61,519 bases of DNA from Actinomycetota bacterium (GTDB taxonomy: Bacteria > Actinomycetota > UBA4738 > HRBIN12), in the NCBI GenBank assembly GCA_036556805.1, contig DATBIS010000132.1, forward strand, positions 1 to 61,519. The letters run 5' to 3'. This document shows, one piece after another, positions 28,358-38,841 of the stretch (position 1 is the first letter of the stretch; the number at the start of each line of letters is the position of its first letter). Under the pieces are notes generated by a model. It was given only the letters and a program-made list of their open reading frames with translations. It was not told the DNA's origin and did not search any database. A program made the position numbers and the translations under genes.

Positions 28358-29647
28358 ATGCGTCCGGGGGGATGGCTCCGCCGTCGTCGGCACGCGGCGC
28401 TCTCGCTGGTCGTAGCGTCCGCGATGTCCCTCAGCCTCACGACGCGCGCCGGCGCCGCCGACGAGCCCACTTCCCGACCAAGCACCGCCGAGGCCGGTGA
28501 GCAGGGCTCCGGCCCACCTTCCTACCCGTTCGTCCTGGCGTCCTCGCCCCAGAAGCTCGCGGCCGCCATCCACTGGTCGGACGTGCCGAACTCGCTCTGG
28601 GCCGATAACGCGATCGACTACGTGGGCAAGACGAACGACTGGATGCGCGACTACCCGCAGGACGAGAACGGCGACTACCCGTTCAAGCCGGACAAGCTGG
28701 AGACGCGCAAGCTCTTCGCGCGCGCCGTCGTGCGTGCCTTCGCGCCCGACGAGCCGATCGATCCCGACCTCCACTTCACCGATCTACCCGACGGCGGCGC
28801 GTTCTACGACGAGGCGAACGTCGCGGTGAAGCTCGGCTGGATGCCGTTCAACGACGGCGCCTTCCATCCCCTGCAGCCCGTCACGATGTCGTTCGTGCAC
28901 CGCGTGCTGGTGTACGCGCTCCATCTCCGTTCGGCCGCGAAGGGACTGCGGGAGATTCACACGCACAACGGGTTCGAGTTCGACACGTGGCCGAACTTCG
29001 GCACGACCGTGATCGGGATGCGATTGGGCATGCGCTACAACCACTCCGACGAGTCGCTCGACGTGAACCCGAGCACGCAGCTCCCGCGCGCCGAGGTCGC
29101 GTGGTCGCTCTACCGCGCGACCACGCTCGATTCGTGGGCGCTCGACGACATGGCCGCATACGAGACGATCGAGCTGCCGGCGATGGGCCCGAAGAAGCGC
29201 GACATCGTGCAGTGGGGGATCGACCACGCGGGCTACCCGTACGTCTGGGGCGGCGAGTGGGACGAGGCCACGAGCACCGGCTACTGCTGCGGCACCCAGC
29301 CGGTCGGCGGATTCGACTGCTCCGGGCTCACCTGGTGGCTCCTGAAGCGCCAGGGCGGTGGCTGGGACAACACGCCCCCGCGGCCGTACGCGGGATGGAG
29401 CCTCCCCCAGCGCACGTCGGCGGTCATGGCGGCCATCGGCCACATCGGCTGGAAGAACCTCAAGGTCGGTGATCTGATGTTCTACGACGGCGACGAGGAC
29501 GGCACCGTGGACCACGTCGACACGTTCATCGGGAACGGCTGGTCGCTCGATTCGGGATCGAGCAACGCCGGCGTGACGATCACGTTCACCGGCGACGGCT
29601 CGTGGTACGACGACCACTTCGTGCACGGCCGCCGGATCATCGGCTGA
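28358..29647 (+). CDS. Secreted NlpC/P60 (C40) cell-wall peptidase
   Basis: Signal peptide with RRRR. The C-terminal GYPYVWGGEW...GGFDCSGLTWWLL...GDLMFYDGDEDGTVDHVDTFIGNGWSLDS carries the Cys-His catalytic pattern. Confidence 0.85.
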   Translation: MRPGGWLRRRRHAALSLVVASAMSLSLTTRAGAADEPTSRPSTAEAGEQGSGPPSYPFVLASSPQKLAAAIHWSDVPNSLWADNAIDYVGKTNDWMRDYPQDENGDYPFKPDKLETRKLFARAVVRAFAPDEPIDPDLHFTDLPDGGAFYDEANVAVKLGWMPFNDGAFHPLQPVTMSFVHRVLVYALHLRSAAKGLREIHTHNGFEFDTWPNFGTTVIGMRLGMRYNHSDESLDVNPSTQLPRAEVAWSLYRATTLDSWALDDMAAYETIELPAMGPKKRDIVQWGIDHAGYPYVWGGEWDEATSTGYCCGTQPVGGFDCSGLTWWLLKRQGGGWDNTPPRPYAGWSLPQRTSAVMAAIGHIGWKNLKVGDLMFYDGDEDGTVDHVDTFIGNGWSLDSGSSNAGVTITFTGDGSWYDDHFVHGRRIIG

Positions 29648-29650
29648 CGC

Positions 29651-30055
29651 TCAGCCGGCGTCGCGAGCGAGCTCCTCGTCCAGCACCGCCCGCTCTTCGT
29701 CGCTCAGGCGCCGAGCCGTGAGCGCCCGCGGGTCGCGCGGGACGATCACCGACTCCGCGTTCGCGCTGAGGACGCCTGCATCGGTGCGGATCTCCTCGCG
29801 CGTGCGCACGCTCGAGCGGCCGTAGCTGGCGAGCCAGCACCGCACGACGACCTCGCGATCGTCCTGCGTGAGCTGCGATCGGTAGTCGATTCCCACGTGC
29901 GCGAGCACGAAGTCCCAGGTGTCGCTCACGCGCCCGAGGACGGACTGCGCCCACGCGTCCCGGCACTCCTCCAGGTAGGTGAGGTACACCGCGTTGTTCA
30001 CGTGGCCGTACGCGTCCATGTCACGCCACCGGATCGGGATTCGTCGCTCGAACAC
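29651..30055 (-). CDS. Acyl-CoA thioesterase (4HBT/YbgC hotdog fold)
   Basis: IPIRWRDMDAYGHVNNAVYLTYLEECRDAW is typical of the family. Confidence 0.8.
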   Translation of the reverse strand: MFERRIPIRWRDMDAYGHVNNAVYLTYLEECRDAWAQSVLGRVSDTWDFVLAHVGIDYRSQLTQDDREVVVRCWLASYGRSSVRTREEIRTDAGVLSANAESVIVPRDPRALTARRLSDEERAVLDEELARDAG

Positions 30056-30064
30056 CGGCGCAGA

Positions 30065-30298
30065 CTACCGGCCGGTCGGGATGCGGTCGATCCTCACGCC
30101 CTCGCCCGCGAGCCAGGCGACGGCCCGTTCGATCTCGGCCTCGTCGCCCTCGACGTCGATGATGAACCAGGCCGTGTGCTCGTCCACGTTCGCGCGCCGG
30201 ATGTTGGTCTGGAGGCCGAAGTCGTGCCCCACGCGGTACACCATCGGCTCGCGCACGAGGTGCTCCGGAAAGGTCAGGTGCAGCTGGACGTGCGCCAC
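30065..30298 (-). CDS. NIL-domain (ferredoxin-fold) small protein
   Basis: VAHVQLHLTFPEHLVREPMVYRVGHDFGLQTNIRRANVDEHTAWFIIDVEGDEAEIERAVAWLAGEGVRIDRI. The GTG at 30298 follows GGGAGA. Confidence 0.6.
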   Translation of the reverse strand: MAHVQLHLTFPEHLVREPMVYRVGHDFGLQTNIRRANVDEHTAWFIIDVEGDEAEIERAVAWLAGEGVRIDRIPTGR

Positions 30299-30452
30299 GG
30301 CCTCGCGATTCTCCCATGGACGTGAAGAAGGCCCGGACCGGGCAGTCCGGGCCTTCCTCGTCGGAGAGAGGGGCTCCACCCAGTCCTTCGACGCCCGCCA
30401 CCCGACGGTTCGGGCGGCGGATGTTGCAGATGTGTGAAGGCACCTGAGAAAC

Positions 30453-30486
30453 GGGAGGGGCCCCGGCCGAAGGCCGGGGCCCTCCC
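30453..30486 (-). terminator. Intrinsic terminator hairpin downstream of groEL
   Basis: gggaggggccccggcc-gaa-ggccggggccctccc forms a roughly 15-bp GC stem 20 nt after the groEL stop. On the minus strand it is followed by GUUUCUC. Confidence 0.6.
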
Positions 30487-30506
30487 ACCACCGCGGGTCC
30501 TGGACC

Positions 30507-32156
<1,650 letters not shown>

Positions 32157-32166
32157 CTACCGACTG

Positions 32167-32193
32167 CTAGCACTCGGACGTGCCGAGTGCTAA
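32167..32193 (-). promoter_or_regulatory. CIRCE operator (HrcA binding site)
   Basis: CTAGCACTC-N9-GAGTGCTAA has one mismatch to TTAGCACTC-N9-GAGTGCTAA. It lies 37 nt upstream of the groEL ATG. Confidence 0.85.
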
Positions 32194-32195
32194 GG

Positions 32196-32226
32196 ATTGT
32201 AGCGGCTCGGAGGGATGCTGTGGCAA
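32196..32226 (-). promoter_or_regulatory. Putative groEL promoter
   Basis: On the minus strand, TTGCCA is followed by 19 nt and then TACAAT. The -10 box ends 2 nt before CIRCE. The 19-nt spacer is longer than ideal. Confidence 0.45.
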
Positions 32227-32250
32227 CCCCCCCGGTACGTGACCCAGGGC

Positions 32251-32703
32251 TTACGCCTGCTGAGAGCGGGGGTCGAAGACGTACGGCGGGCGAGGCGGGT
32301 CCTCCTCGGTCCCGGGCGCCGGGTTGCGTTCGAGCGCCGTGATGTCGATCGTCTGCGAGGGGTAGACGGCGCGGATGTGCATGGCGTCCCGGCCCGAGTT
32401 GAGGGTGCCGTGCGGCGTGCCGGCGGGGATGAAGACCACCGAGCCCGGGCCCACCGCTCTCGTCTCCTCACCCAGCGTGTACAGCCCCTCTCCCCGATCG
32501 ACGAACACGGCCTCGCTCGTCGTGTGGGAGTGCAGCGGGATGCGATCGCCGGGGGCGATCCGCTCGAAGAGCATCGTGAGGTCGCGCACGTACGCGCCGT
32601 CTGCCGTCGGCGGGTCGAACACGAACGTCCACACGGAATCCGGCCGATGGTCGTCGGGGTCACCGACCATCGGCTCGAACGAGAATTCGTCGAGGATCGC
32701 CAC
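32251..32703 (-). CDS. Cupin-domain protein
   Basis: GDRIPLHSHTTSEAVFVDRGEGLYTLGEE...VVFIPAGTPHGTLN are cupin motifs 1 and 2. It starts 10 nt downstream of acs. Confidence 0.75.
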   Translation of the reverse strand: MAILDEFSFEPMVGDPDDHRPDSVWTFVFDPPTADGAYVRDLTMLFERIAPGDRIPLHSHTTSEAVFVDRGEGLYTLGEETRAVGPGSVVFIPAGTPHGTLNSGRDAMHIRAVYPSQTIDITALERNPAPGTEEDPPRPPYVFDPRSQQA

Positions 32704-32713
32704 GCGACCGTGC

Positions 32714-34675
32714 CTACTCGTCGCCCGCCGACGTGCCCACGAGGTCGGTGATCTCCGCCACGACGTCCGCGTTCATCAACGTGGTGACGTCGCCGAGCGG
32801 ACGCCCGTGTGCGACGTCGCGGAGCAGGCGTCGCATGATCTTTCCGGACCGCGTCTTCGGCAGGTCGGGCGTGAAGATGATGCCGTGCGGACGCGCGATC
32901 TTCCCGATCATCTTCGCAACGTGTTCGCGCAGCTCCTCGGCGAGCGCCTCGTCCCCCTCGAACCCGGACTTGAGCGTGACGAACGCGACGATCGCCTCGC
33001 CCACGAGGTTGTCGGGCCGTGAGACGACGGCGGCCTCGGCCACCTTCTGGTCGTCGACGAGCGCGGACTCGATCTCGTAGGTCGACAGACGGTGGCCGGC
33101 CACGTTCATCACGTCGTCGATCCGACCGAGGAGCCAGTAGTAGCCCTCCTCGTCGCGCCGGGCACCGTCGCCCGCGACGTACACGTCGGGCGAGTACTTC
33201 GAGAAGTAGGTCTGCACGTACCGGTCCGGGTCTCCCCAGATCGTGCGCGCGATCGAGGGCCACGGACGGCGGAGCACCAGGTAGCCGCCCGACCCGAGCG
33301 GCACCGACTCGCCCTGCTCGTCCACGACGTCGGGCTGGATGCCGGGGAAGGGCCTGGTCGCCGAGCCCGGCTTCAGCGGCGTGATGCCGGGGAGCGGCGT
33401 GATGAGGATCGAGCCGGTCTCGGTCTGCCACCACGTGTCGACGATCGGACAGCGCTCGGTACCGATGTACTTCCAGTACCAGACCCATGCCTCGGGGTTG
33501 ATGGGCTCGCCCACCGACCCGAGCAGCCGGAGCGACGAGAGGTCGTGCCGCTGGGGAAACTCGATCCCCCAGCGCATGAACGCGCGGATCGCGGTGGGCG
33601 CCGTGTAGAGGATCGTGGCCTTGTAGGTCTCCGCGATCTCCCACAGGCGGTCCTTCTCGGGCCAGTCGGGCGCCCCCTCGTACATGATCCCGGTCGTGTG
33701 GTTCGCGAGCGGCCCGTACACGATGTACGAGTGGCCGGTGACCCACCCGATGTCGGCCGCGCACCAGTACACGTCGTCGTCGTGGATGTCGAAGATCATC
33801 CGGTGCGTCGCGGCCACCTGCGTGAGGTAGCCGCCGGTCGTGTGTGCGATGCCCTTCGGCTTCCCCGTCGTCCCGCTCGTGTACAGCAGGTAGAGCAGGT
33901 CCTCGGCGTCCATCTGCTCGGGCTCGCACTCGACGGGCTGGTTCTCGATGAGCTCGTGGTACCAGAGGTCGCGGCCCGGGGTGAACGGGTGCTCGCCGCC
34001 GGTGCGGCGCACGGTGATCACGTGCTCGATCGTGGGGCAGTCCACGAGCGCGTCCTCGGCGTTCTGCTTCAGCGGCACGACCTGACCGCGCCGGTACCCG
34101 CCGTCGGCCGTGATGAGGATCTTCGCCTCGGCGTCGTTGATGCGATCCTTCAGCGACTCGGCGCTGAAGCCGCCGAACACGACCGAGTGCGGGGCGCCGA
34201 TGCGCGCGCACGCGAGCATCGCGACGGGGAGCTCGGGCACCATGCCCAGGTAGATGTTCACGCGGTCGCCTCGGCGCACGCCGATCGACTTCAGGGCGTT
34301 CGCGAAGCGGCAAACCTCCTCGTACAGGTCCCGGTAGGTGATCGTGCGGGTATCGCCGGGCTCGCCGACCCACTGGTAGGCGACCTTGTCGCCGCCGCCG
34401 GCCTCGACGTGGCGGTCGAGGCAGTTGTACGCAACGTTGAGCGTGCCGCCGGTGAACCACTTCACCCACGGCGGGCTCCACTCCATCACCGAGTCCCAGC
34501 GCTTGAACCACGCGAGCCGGTCGGCCTGCTCGGCCCAGAAGGCCTCGGGGTCGGCCGCCGCCCGTGCGTAGACGTCGGGATCCGAGACGATGGCGCGCTC
34601 CGCGAAGGCCGCGGGCGGCTCGAACACCCGGTCCTCCTGCAGCAGCGCGGCGATGTTCTGCTCGACGTCGCTCAC
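32714..34675 (-). CDS. acs: Acetyl-CoA synthetase
   Basis: [29 protein letters not shown], the C-terminal [11 protein letters not shown], and the overall Acs pattern. GTG 34675 follows AGGAGGA by 6 nt; the ATG at 34765 in the ORF track would add 30 atypical residues. Confidence 0.92.
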   Translation of the reverse strand: MSDVEQNIAALLQEDRVFEPPAAFAERAIVSDPDVYARAAADPEAFWAEQADRLAWFKRWDSVMEWSPPWVKWFTGGTLNVAYNCLDRHVEAGGGDKVAYQWVGEPGDTRTITYRDLYEEVCRFANALKSIGVRRGDRVNIYLGMVPELPVAMLACARIGAPHSVVFGGFSAESLKDRINDAEAKILITADGGYRRGQVVPLKQNAEDALVDCPTIEHVITVRRTGGEHPFTPGRDLWYHELIENQPVECEPEQMDAEDLLYLLYTSGTTGKPKGIAHTTGGYLTQVAATHRMIFDIHDDDVYWCAADIGWVTGHSYIVYGPLANHTTGIMYEGAPDWPEKDRLWEIAETYKATILYTAPTAIRAFMRWGIEFPQRHDLSSLRLLGSVGEPINPEAWVWYWKYIGTERCPIVDTWWQTETGSILITPLPGITPLKPGSATRPFPGIQPDVVDEQGESVPLGSGGYLVLRRPWPSIARTIWGDPDRYVQTYFSKYSPDVYVAGDGARRDEEGYYWLLGRIDDVMNVAGHRLSTYEIESALVDDQKVAEAAVVSRPDNLVGEAIVAFVTLKSGFEGDEALAEELREHVAKMIGKIARPHGIIFTPDLPKTRSGKIMRRLLRDVAHGRPLGDVTTLMNADVVAEITDLVGTSAGDE

Positions 34676-34743
34676 GAGATCCTCCTGATCGGCGAAGGAA
34701 CCATCGTAATCAGGAAGGAATCGCCCCGCATCGGGAGGAAGAC

Positions 34744-34833
34744 CCGTGCCTGGAGGTGCTTGCATCCGTGCCTGAGCCGGGGGAGCATCGTGCCTGAGGC
34801 CGCCGTTGGGCGGCCTCGAGAGCTACCTGAGCC
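34744..34833. repeat. Phased direct repeats CGTGCCTG(A/G)(G/A)G in the acs / DUF5679 intergenic region
   Basis: ccgtgcctggagg (34744), ccgtgcctgagcc (34766) and tcgtgcctgaggc (34788) are spaced exactly 22 nt apart. A fourth partial copy, tacctgagcc, is at 34824. Copies 2 and 3 share gcat(c)cgtgcctgag. Confidence 0.45.
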
Positions 34834-34874
34834 GGGACCGCGGAGCGCGGCCGGAAGGAAGAAGGAGGCAGAAC

Positions 34875-35024
34875 GTGGCCCAGTACGAGGCGTACTGCGT
34901 GAAGTGCCGCGCCAAGCGTGAGTTCGAGGGCACCGAGGTCACGCTCAAGAACGGCCGTCGCGCCGCGCAGGGCACCTGCCCGGTCTGCGGCACGAAGGTG
35001 ATGCGGATCCTGGGCAAGAGCTAG
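34875..35024 (+). CDS. Small zinc-ribbon protein (DUF5679-like, 49 aa)
   Basis: The GTG follows AAGGAGG. VAQYEAYCVKCRAKREFEGTEVTLKNGRRAAQGTCPVCGTKVMRILGKS has CxxC...CxxC. Confidence 0.65.
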   Translation: MAQYEAYCVKCRAKREFEGTEVTLKNGRRAAQGTCPVCGTKVMRILGKS

Positions 35025-35057
35025 AAAAACCCAGGTCAGACCCGATAGGGACAGATC

Positions 35058-35528
35058 CTAGGGGCCGGAGCGGAGAGCCTCGAGCGAGATCAGCAACCGC
35101 TCCGGCGCCATGCGCCGGTGCCGGACGACGAGCTCGGCGACCGTCGTCTGCTCGAACACCTGCTGGATCGCTCGGGCCACGTCCCCCCAGAACCCCTGGA
35201 GCCCGCACCTCGAGTCCTGGAAGCATGTGTGATCGGAGGGCTCCAAGCAGAACATCGGGAACATCTGCCCCTCGATCGCGTCGGCGATCTGGGCCACGGT
35301 GATGTCCTCCGGCGCGCGGGCCAGCCGGCAGCCGCCGCCGGACCCACGGAAGCTCTCCACGAGGCCGGCCCGGGACAGCGCCCCCAGCTGCTGCTCGAGG
35401 AAGCGGAGCGGGACCTGCTGGCGCTCGGCGATCTCGCGCGCGGGCACGAGCACGTCCTCCTCTCGGCGCAGGGAAAGCTCGATCATCGCGCGCATCGCGT
35501 ATTCGAGCTTTTGCGAGACCTTGAGCAC
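35058..35528 (-). CDS. Rrf2-family transcriptional regulator (probable Fe-S cluster-binding)
   Basis: MLKVSQKLEYAMRAMIELS...VPAREIAERQQVPLRFLEQQLGALSRAGLVESFRGSGGGCRLA. A Cys cluster, CLEPSDHTCFQDSRC, is present. GGAGG SD. Confidence 0.85.
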   Translation of the reverse strand: MLKVSQKLEYAMRAMIELSLRREEDVLVPAREIAERQQVPLRFLEQQLGALSRAGLVESFRGSGGGCRLARAPEDITVAQIADAIEGQMFPMFCLEPSDHTCFQDSRCGLQGFWGDVARAIQQVFEQTTVAELVVRHRRMAPERLLISLEALRSGP

Positions 35529-35587
35529 GGGAACCTCCGCAGGCCAGCGTAGGGTGGGTATCGGACCTCGTCAACGCGGCGTTCGGC

Positions 35588-35602
35588 CCAATCGACGATT
35601 GG
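35588..35602. promoter_or_regulatory. Perfect 7-1-7 palindrome in the Rrf2 / receiver divergent region (candidate operator)
   Basis: CCAATCG-A-CGATTGG lies 60 nt upstream of the Rrf2 start. The sequence symmetry is the only support. Confidence 0.3.
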
Positions 35603-35692
35603 CCATTCCGAGCTATGGAGCCCCATCGGCTCCTTGCCGACAACCCCTGTAGGGAGACCGCACGACCCCCGTTTGGAGGAAGGGAACACCGT

Positions 35693-36121
35693 ATGGCCCG
35701 CGTCCTCGTCATCGACGACGAACCCGACGTCCTCCTGCTCTGCAGGGTGAACCTCGAGCACGCCGGGCACGAGGTGTTCGAAGCCCTCGACGCCGAACGC
35801 GGGCTCCAGCTCGCGCACGCCGAGAAGCCGGACGCGATCGTGCTCGACCTCATGCTGCCGCGCCGGGACGGATTCGACGTGCTCCGGGAGCTCGAGGCGG
35901 CCCAGGACCTGTGCGCCGTGCCCGTGCTGATCCTCTCGGCGAAGGCCAAGTGGGAAGACCGGGTCCGGGGGTGGCAGGCGGGCGCCTCCGAGTACGTGAC
36001 GAAGCCGTTTTCGCCCGCCGCGCTGACGGAAATGCTGGAGAGCCTCACGCTGATGAGCGTCGAGGACCGCCAGGCACACCGTACGGAGGCGCTGCGCACG
36101 CTCCTGCACGAGCGCATCTGA
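35693..36121 (+). CDS. Stand-alone response-regulator receiver protein (CheY-like)
   Basis: MARVLVIDDEPDVLLL...PDAIVLDLMLPRRDGFDVLRELE...VPVLILSAKA...EYVTKPFSP. There is no output domain. Confidence 0.85.
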   Translation: MARVLVIDDEPDVLLLCRVNLEHAGHEVFEALDAERGLQLAHAEKPDAIVLDLMLPRRDGFDVLRELEAAQDLCAVPVLILSAKAKWEDRVRGWQAGASEYVTKPFSPAALTEMLESLTLMSVEDRQAHRTEALRTLLHERI

Positions 36122-36166
36122 TCGTCTCGGGTGGCCCCGACGACGGGCGTCGGTAGACTCGAATCG

Positions 36167-37411
36167 ATGGTCCTGCACGAGGTCGAGGTTCAGCCGCGCA
36201 AGCTCGACGACTACGCCGCCGACGCGGGCGACGAGGCCGTGGAACGCCTCCGCGCGGCCGCGGAGCCCATTCGCGGGCTCCGGCTCCTCCACGTGAACAG
36301 CACCTCCTACGGGGGTGGCGTCGCGGAGCTCCTGTCCTCCCAGGTGCCGCTGCTGAAGGACCTCGGGATCGAGGCCGAGTGGGCCGTGATCGACGGTTCG
36401 GACGAGTTCTTCGCCGTGACGAAGGCGATGCACAACGGCTTGCAGGGCATGGACGTGGGCTGGACCTCCGGGATGGAGTCGGTCTATTGGGAGCGGATGC
36501 GAGCGAACGCGCTCTCGTTTCCCGACGGCTACGACGTCGTCCTGATCCACGACCCGCAACCGCTCGGGATCCTGCGGGTGCTCGAGGACGAGAGACGGCG
36601 CGAGGGCACGTGGGTCTGGCGGTGCCACATCGATCTGTCGCAGCCCGACGACGGCGTCCGCGGCTTCATCGAGCCGATCGCGAACCGATACGACCAGGTC
36701 GTGTTCACGCTCGAGGAGTTCGCGCAGGCCGGCATCATCGATCCCGGCCTCGCCTTCATTCCCCCGTCGATCGACCCCACCACCGACAAGAACCGGCAGC
36801 TGCCCGCGGGCGTGGTCACGGAAGTGCTGCATCGCTACGGCATCGACCCCGAGCATCCACTCGTCGTGCAAGTCTCACGGTTCGACCCGTGGAAGGACCC
36901 GATCGGCGTGATCGACGCGTTCCGCAGCGCGCGCGAGCAGGTCCCCGGCCTTCAGCTCGTGATGGCGGGCGCGATGGCGAGCGACGACCCGGAAGGCCAG
37001 GAATACTTGCAGCGCACCGTTCATCATGCGGCGAACGATCCCGGCATCCGGCTGCTCACCGACGCCGACGGCGTGGGTCACGCCGAGGTGAACGCGTTCC
37101 AGACCGCGGCCGACGTCGTGATCCAGAAGTCGATCCGCGAGGGCTTCGGGCTCGTGGTCGCCGAGGCGCTCTGGAAGGGTGCTCCCGTGATCGGCGGCAA
37201 CGTCGGCGGGATCCGCATCCAGATCGTCGACGGCGAGACCGGCTACCTCGTCGACACGCCGGCCGAATGCGGCACCCGGCTGACCGAGCTGCTACGCGAC
37301 CCCGCCCTCCGCCGAAGGATGGGCGACACGGGGCGCGAGTGGGTCCGCCGGCGGTTCCTCTGCTTGCGCGAGGTCGAGGACCACGTGCGGCTGTTCGCGT
37401 CGCTCGCATGA
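36167..37411 (+). CDS. treT: Trehalose glycosyltransferring synthase TreT (GT4)
   Basis: By eye it matches archaeal TreT as I recall it, almost end to end: LLHVNSTSYGGGVAELLSSQVPLLKDLGIEAEW, WRCHIDLS, IPPSIDP, QVSRFDPWKDPIGVIDAF, DDPEG, EVNAFQ, SIREGFGL, GGIRIQIVDGETGYLV. Confidence 0.8.
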   Translation: MVLHEVEVQPRKLDDYAADAGDEAVERLRAAAEPIRGLRLLHVNSTSYGGGVAELLSSQVPLLKDLGIEAEWAVIDGSDEFFAVTKAMHNGLQGMDVGWTSGMESVYWERMRANALSFPDGYDVVLIHDPQPLGILRVLEDERRREGTWVWRCHIDLSQPDDGVRGFIEPIANRYDQVVFTLEEFAQAGIIDPGLAFIPPSIDPTTDKNRQLPAGVVTEVLHRYGIDPEHPLVVQVSRFDPWKDPIGVIDAFRSAREQVPGLQLVMAGAMASDDPEGQEYLQRTVHHAANDPGIRLLTDADGVGHAEVNAFQTAADVVIQKSIREGFGLVVAEALWKGAPVIGGNVGGIRIQIVDGETGYLVDTPAECGTRLTELLRDPALRRRMGDTGREWVRRRFLCLREVEDHVRLFASLA

Positions 37412-38841
37412 GCGACGGTTCGATCGTCATCGCCTCGAATCGCGGCCCGGTGTCGTTCGACCGGGACGAGAGCGGGCAGCTCACCGTCCAACGCGGCGCC
37501 GGCGGCCTCGTAACCGCGCTGGCGGGCGTCCTCCCCGGCCAGGACGCGACGTGGGTCGCCGCCGCCATGACGGAGGGCGACCGCGACGTGGCCGCCGGGG
37601 CCGAGGCGCCGGACACCGGCATGCCGATCCGGACCCGATACGTGGTGGTGCCGCCCGAGCGCTACGACGCCTACTACAACGAGGTCGCGAACCGAATCCT
37701 CTGGTTCGCGCATCACTACCTCTGGGACACGGTTCGCTCGCCGGTGTTCGACGAGCACACCGAGGAGCTCTGGCACGAATACACCGAGGTGAATCGGTCG
37801 TTCGCCGAGGAGCTCGCGTCGGTGCCCGGCGATCCCACGTTCCTCGTGCAGGACTACCACCTGTCGCTCGTCCCGAGGTTCCTGCGCGAGCTCCGGCCCG
37901 AGGCACGCATCCTTCACTTCTCGCACACGACGTTCGCGGGATCGGTGTACCTGCGGATCCTGCCCCTTCGCATCCGCGAGGCGCTGCTGCGCGGCCTGCT
38001 CGGGGCGGACGTGCTCGGGTTCCAATCGGGTGCGTGGGCCGAGAACTTCCTCACCTCGACGCGGTCGCTCCCGGGCGCGCGCGTGGACCTCGGCCGCTCG
38101 CGCGTGACGACCGAGGGCCGTCAGGTCCTCGTTCGCGTATACCCGATCTCCGTTGAGGCCGGCCCGCTCCGTGAGCTCGCGGGGACCCCCGAGGTCCGGC
38201 GGACGCGACGCGAGCTTGCGAAGATCCGCGGCGACCGCGCGCTCCTGCTGCGCGTCGATCGTCTCGAACCCACGAAGAACATCGTGCGAGGGTTCCTCGC
38301 CTTCGAGGGGTTCCTGCGCGCGAACCCGTCATGGCGCGAACGCGTGGTGTTCCTCTCGCTCCTGAGCCCCTCCCGCGGCGAGCTGCCCGAATACCAGACC
38401 TACACGGACGAGTGCATTGCCGAGGCGGAGCGCGTCAACAAGCAGTGGGGCACCGACACGTGGGAGCCGGTGCACCTCTCCGTGCGCGAGGACTATCCGG
38501 AGGCGGTGGCCGCGTTCGGCCTCTACGACGCGCTGCTCGTGAACCCCGTGTTCGACGGGATGAACCTCGTGGCGATGGAAGGGCCGCTCGTGAACCGCCG
38601 CCACGGCGCGCTGGTGCTCTCGCGCAACGCGGGCGCGTTCGGACGCCTCGGCCGGTACGCGCTCGGCATCAACCCGTTCGACGTCGCGGAGACGGCGGAC
38701 GCGATCCGGGAGGCCCTCGAGATGCAGCCGCCCGAGCGAGCCCGGCGCGCGCGGGGCCTCGCGAGGACGATCCTCGCGAACACCACCGCGCGATGGCTGC
38801 GCCGGCAGCTCGACGACCTCGCGCGCGTCCGCGGGGTCTAG
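37408..38841 (+). CDS. otsA: Trehalose-6-phosphate synthase OtsA (GT20)
   Basis: IVIASNRGPVSF, GAGGLVTAL, YYNEVANRILWFAHHYLWD, FLVQDYHLSLVPRFLRE, LLRVDRLEPTKNI, NPVFDGMNLVAME. The ATG overlaps the treT TGA (ATGA). Confidence 0.9.
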   Translation: MSDGSIVIASNRGPVSFDRDESGQLTVQRGAGGLVTALAGVLPGQDATWVAAAMTEGDRDVAAGAEAPDTGMPIRTRYVVVPPERYDAYYNEVANRILWFAHHYLWDTVRSPVFDEHTEELWHEYTEVNRSFAEELASVPGDPTFLVQDYHLSLVPRFLRELRPEARILHFSHTTFAGSVYLRILPLRIREALLRGLLGADVLGFQSGAWAENFLTSTRSLPGARVDLGRSRVTTEGRQVLVRVYPISVEAGPLRELAGTPEVRRTRRELAKIRGDRALLLRVDRLEPTKNIVRGFLAFEGFLRANPSWRERVVFLSLLSPSRGELPEYQTYTDECIAEAERVNKQWGTDTWEPVHLSVREDYPEAVAAFGLYDALLVNPVFDGMNLVAMEGPLVNRRHGALVLSRNAGAFGRLGRYALGINPFDVAETADAIREALEMQPPERARRARGLARTILANTTARWLRRQLDDLARVRGV

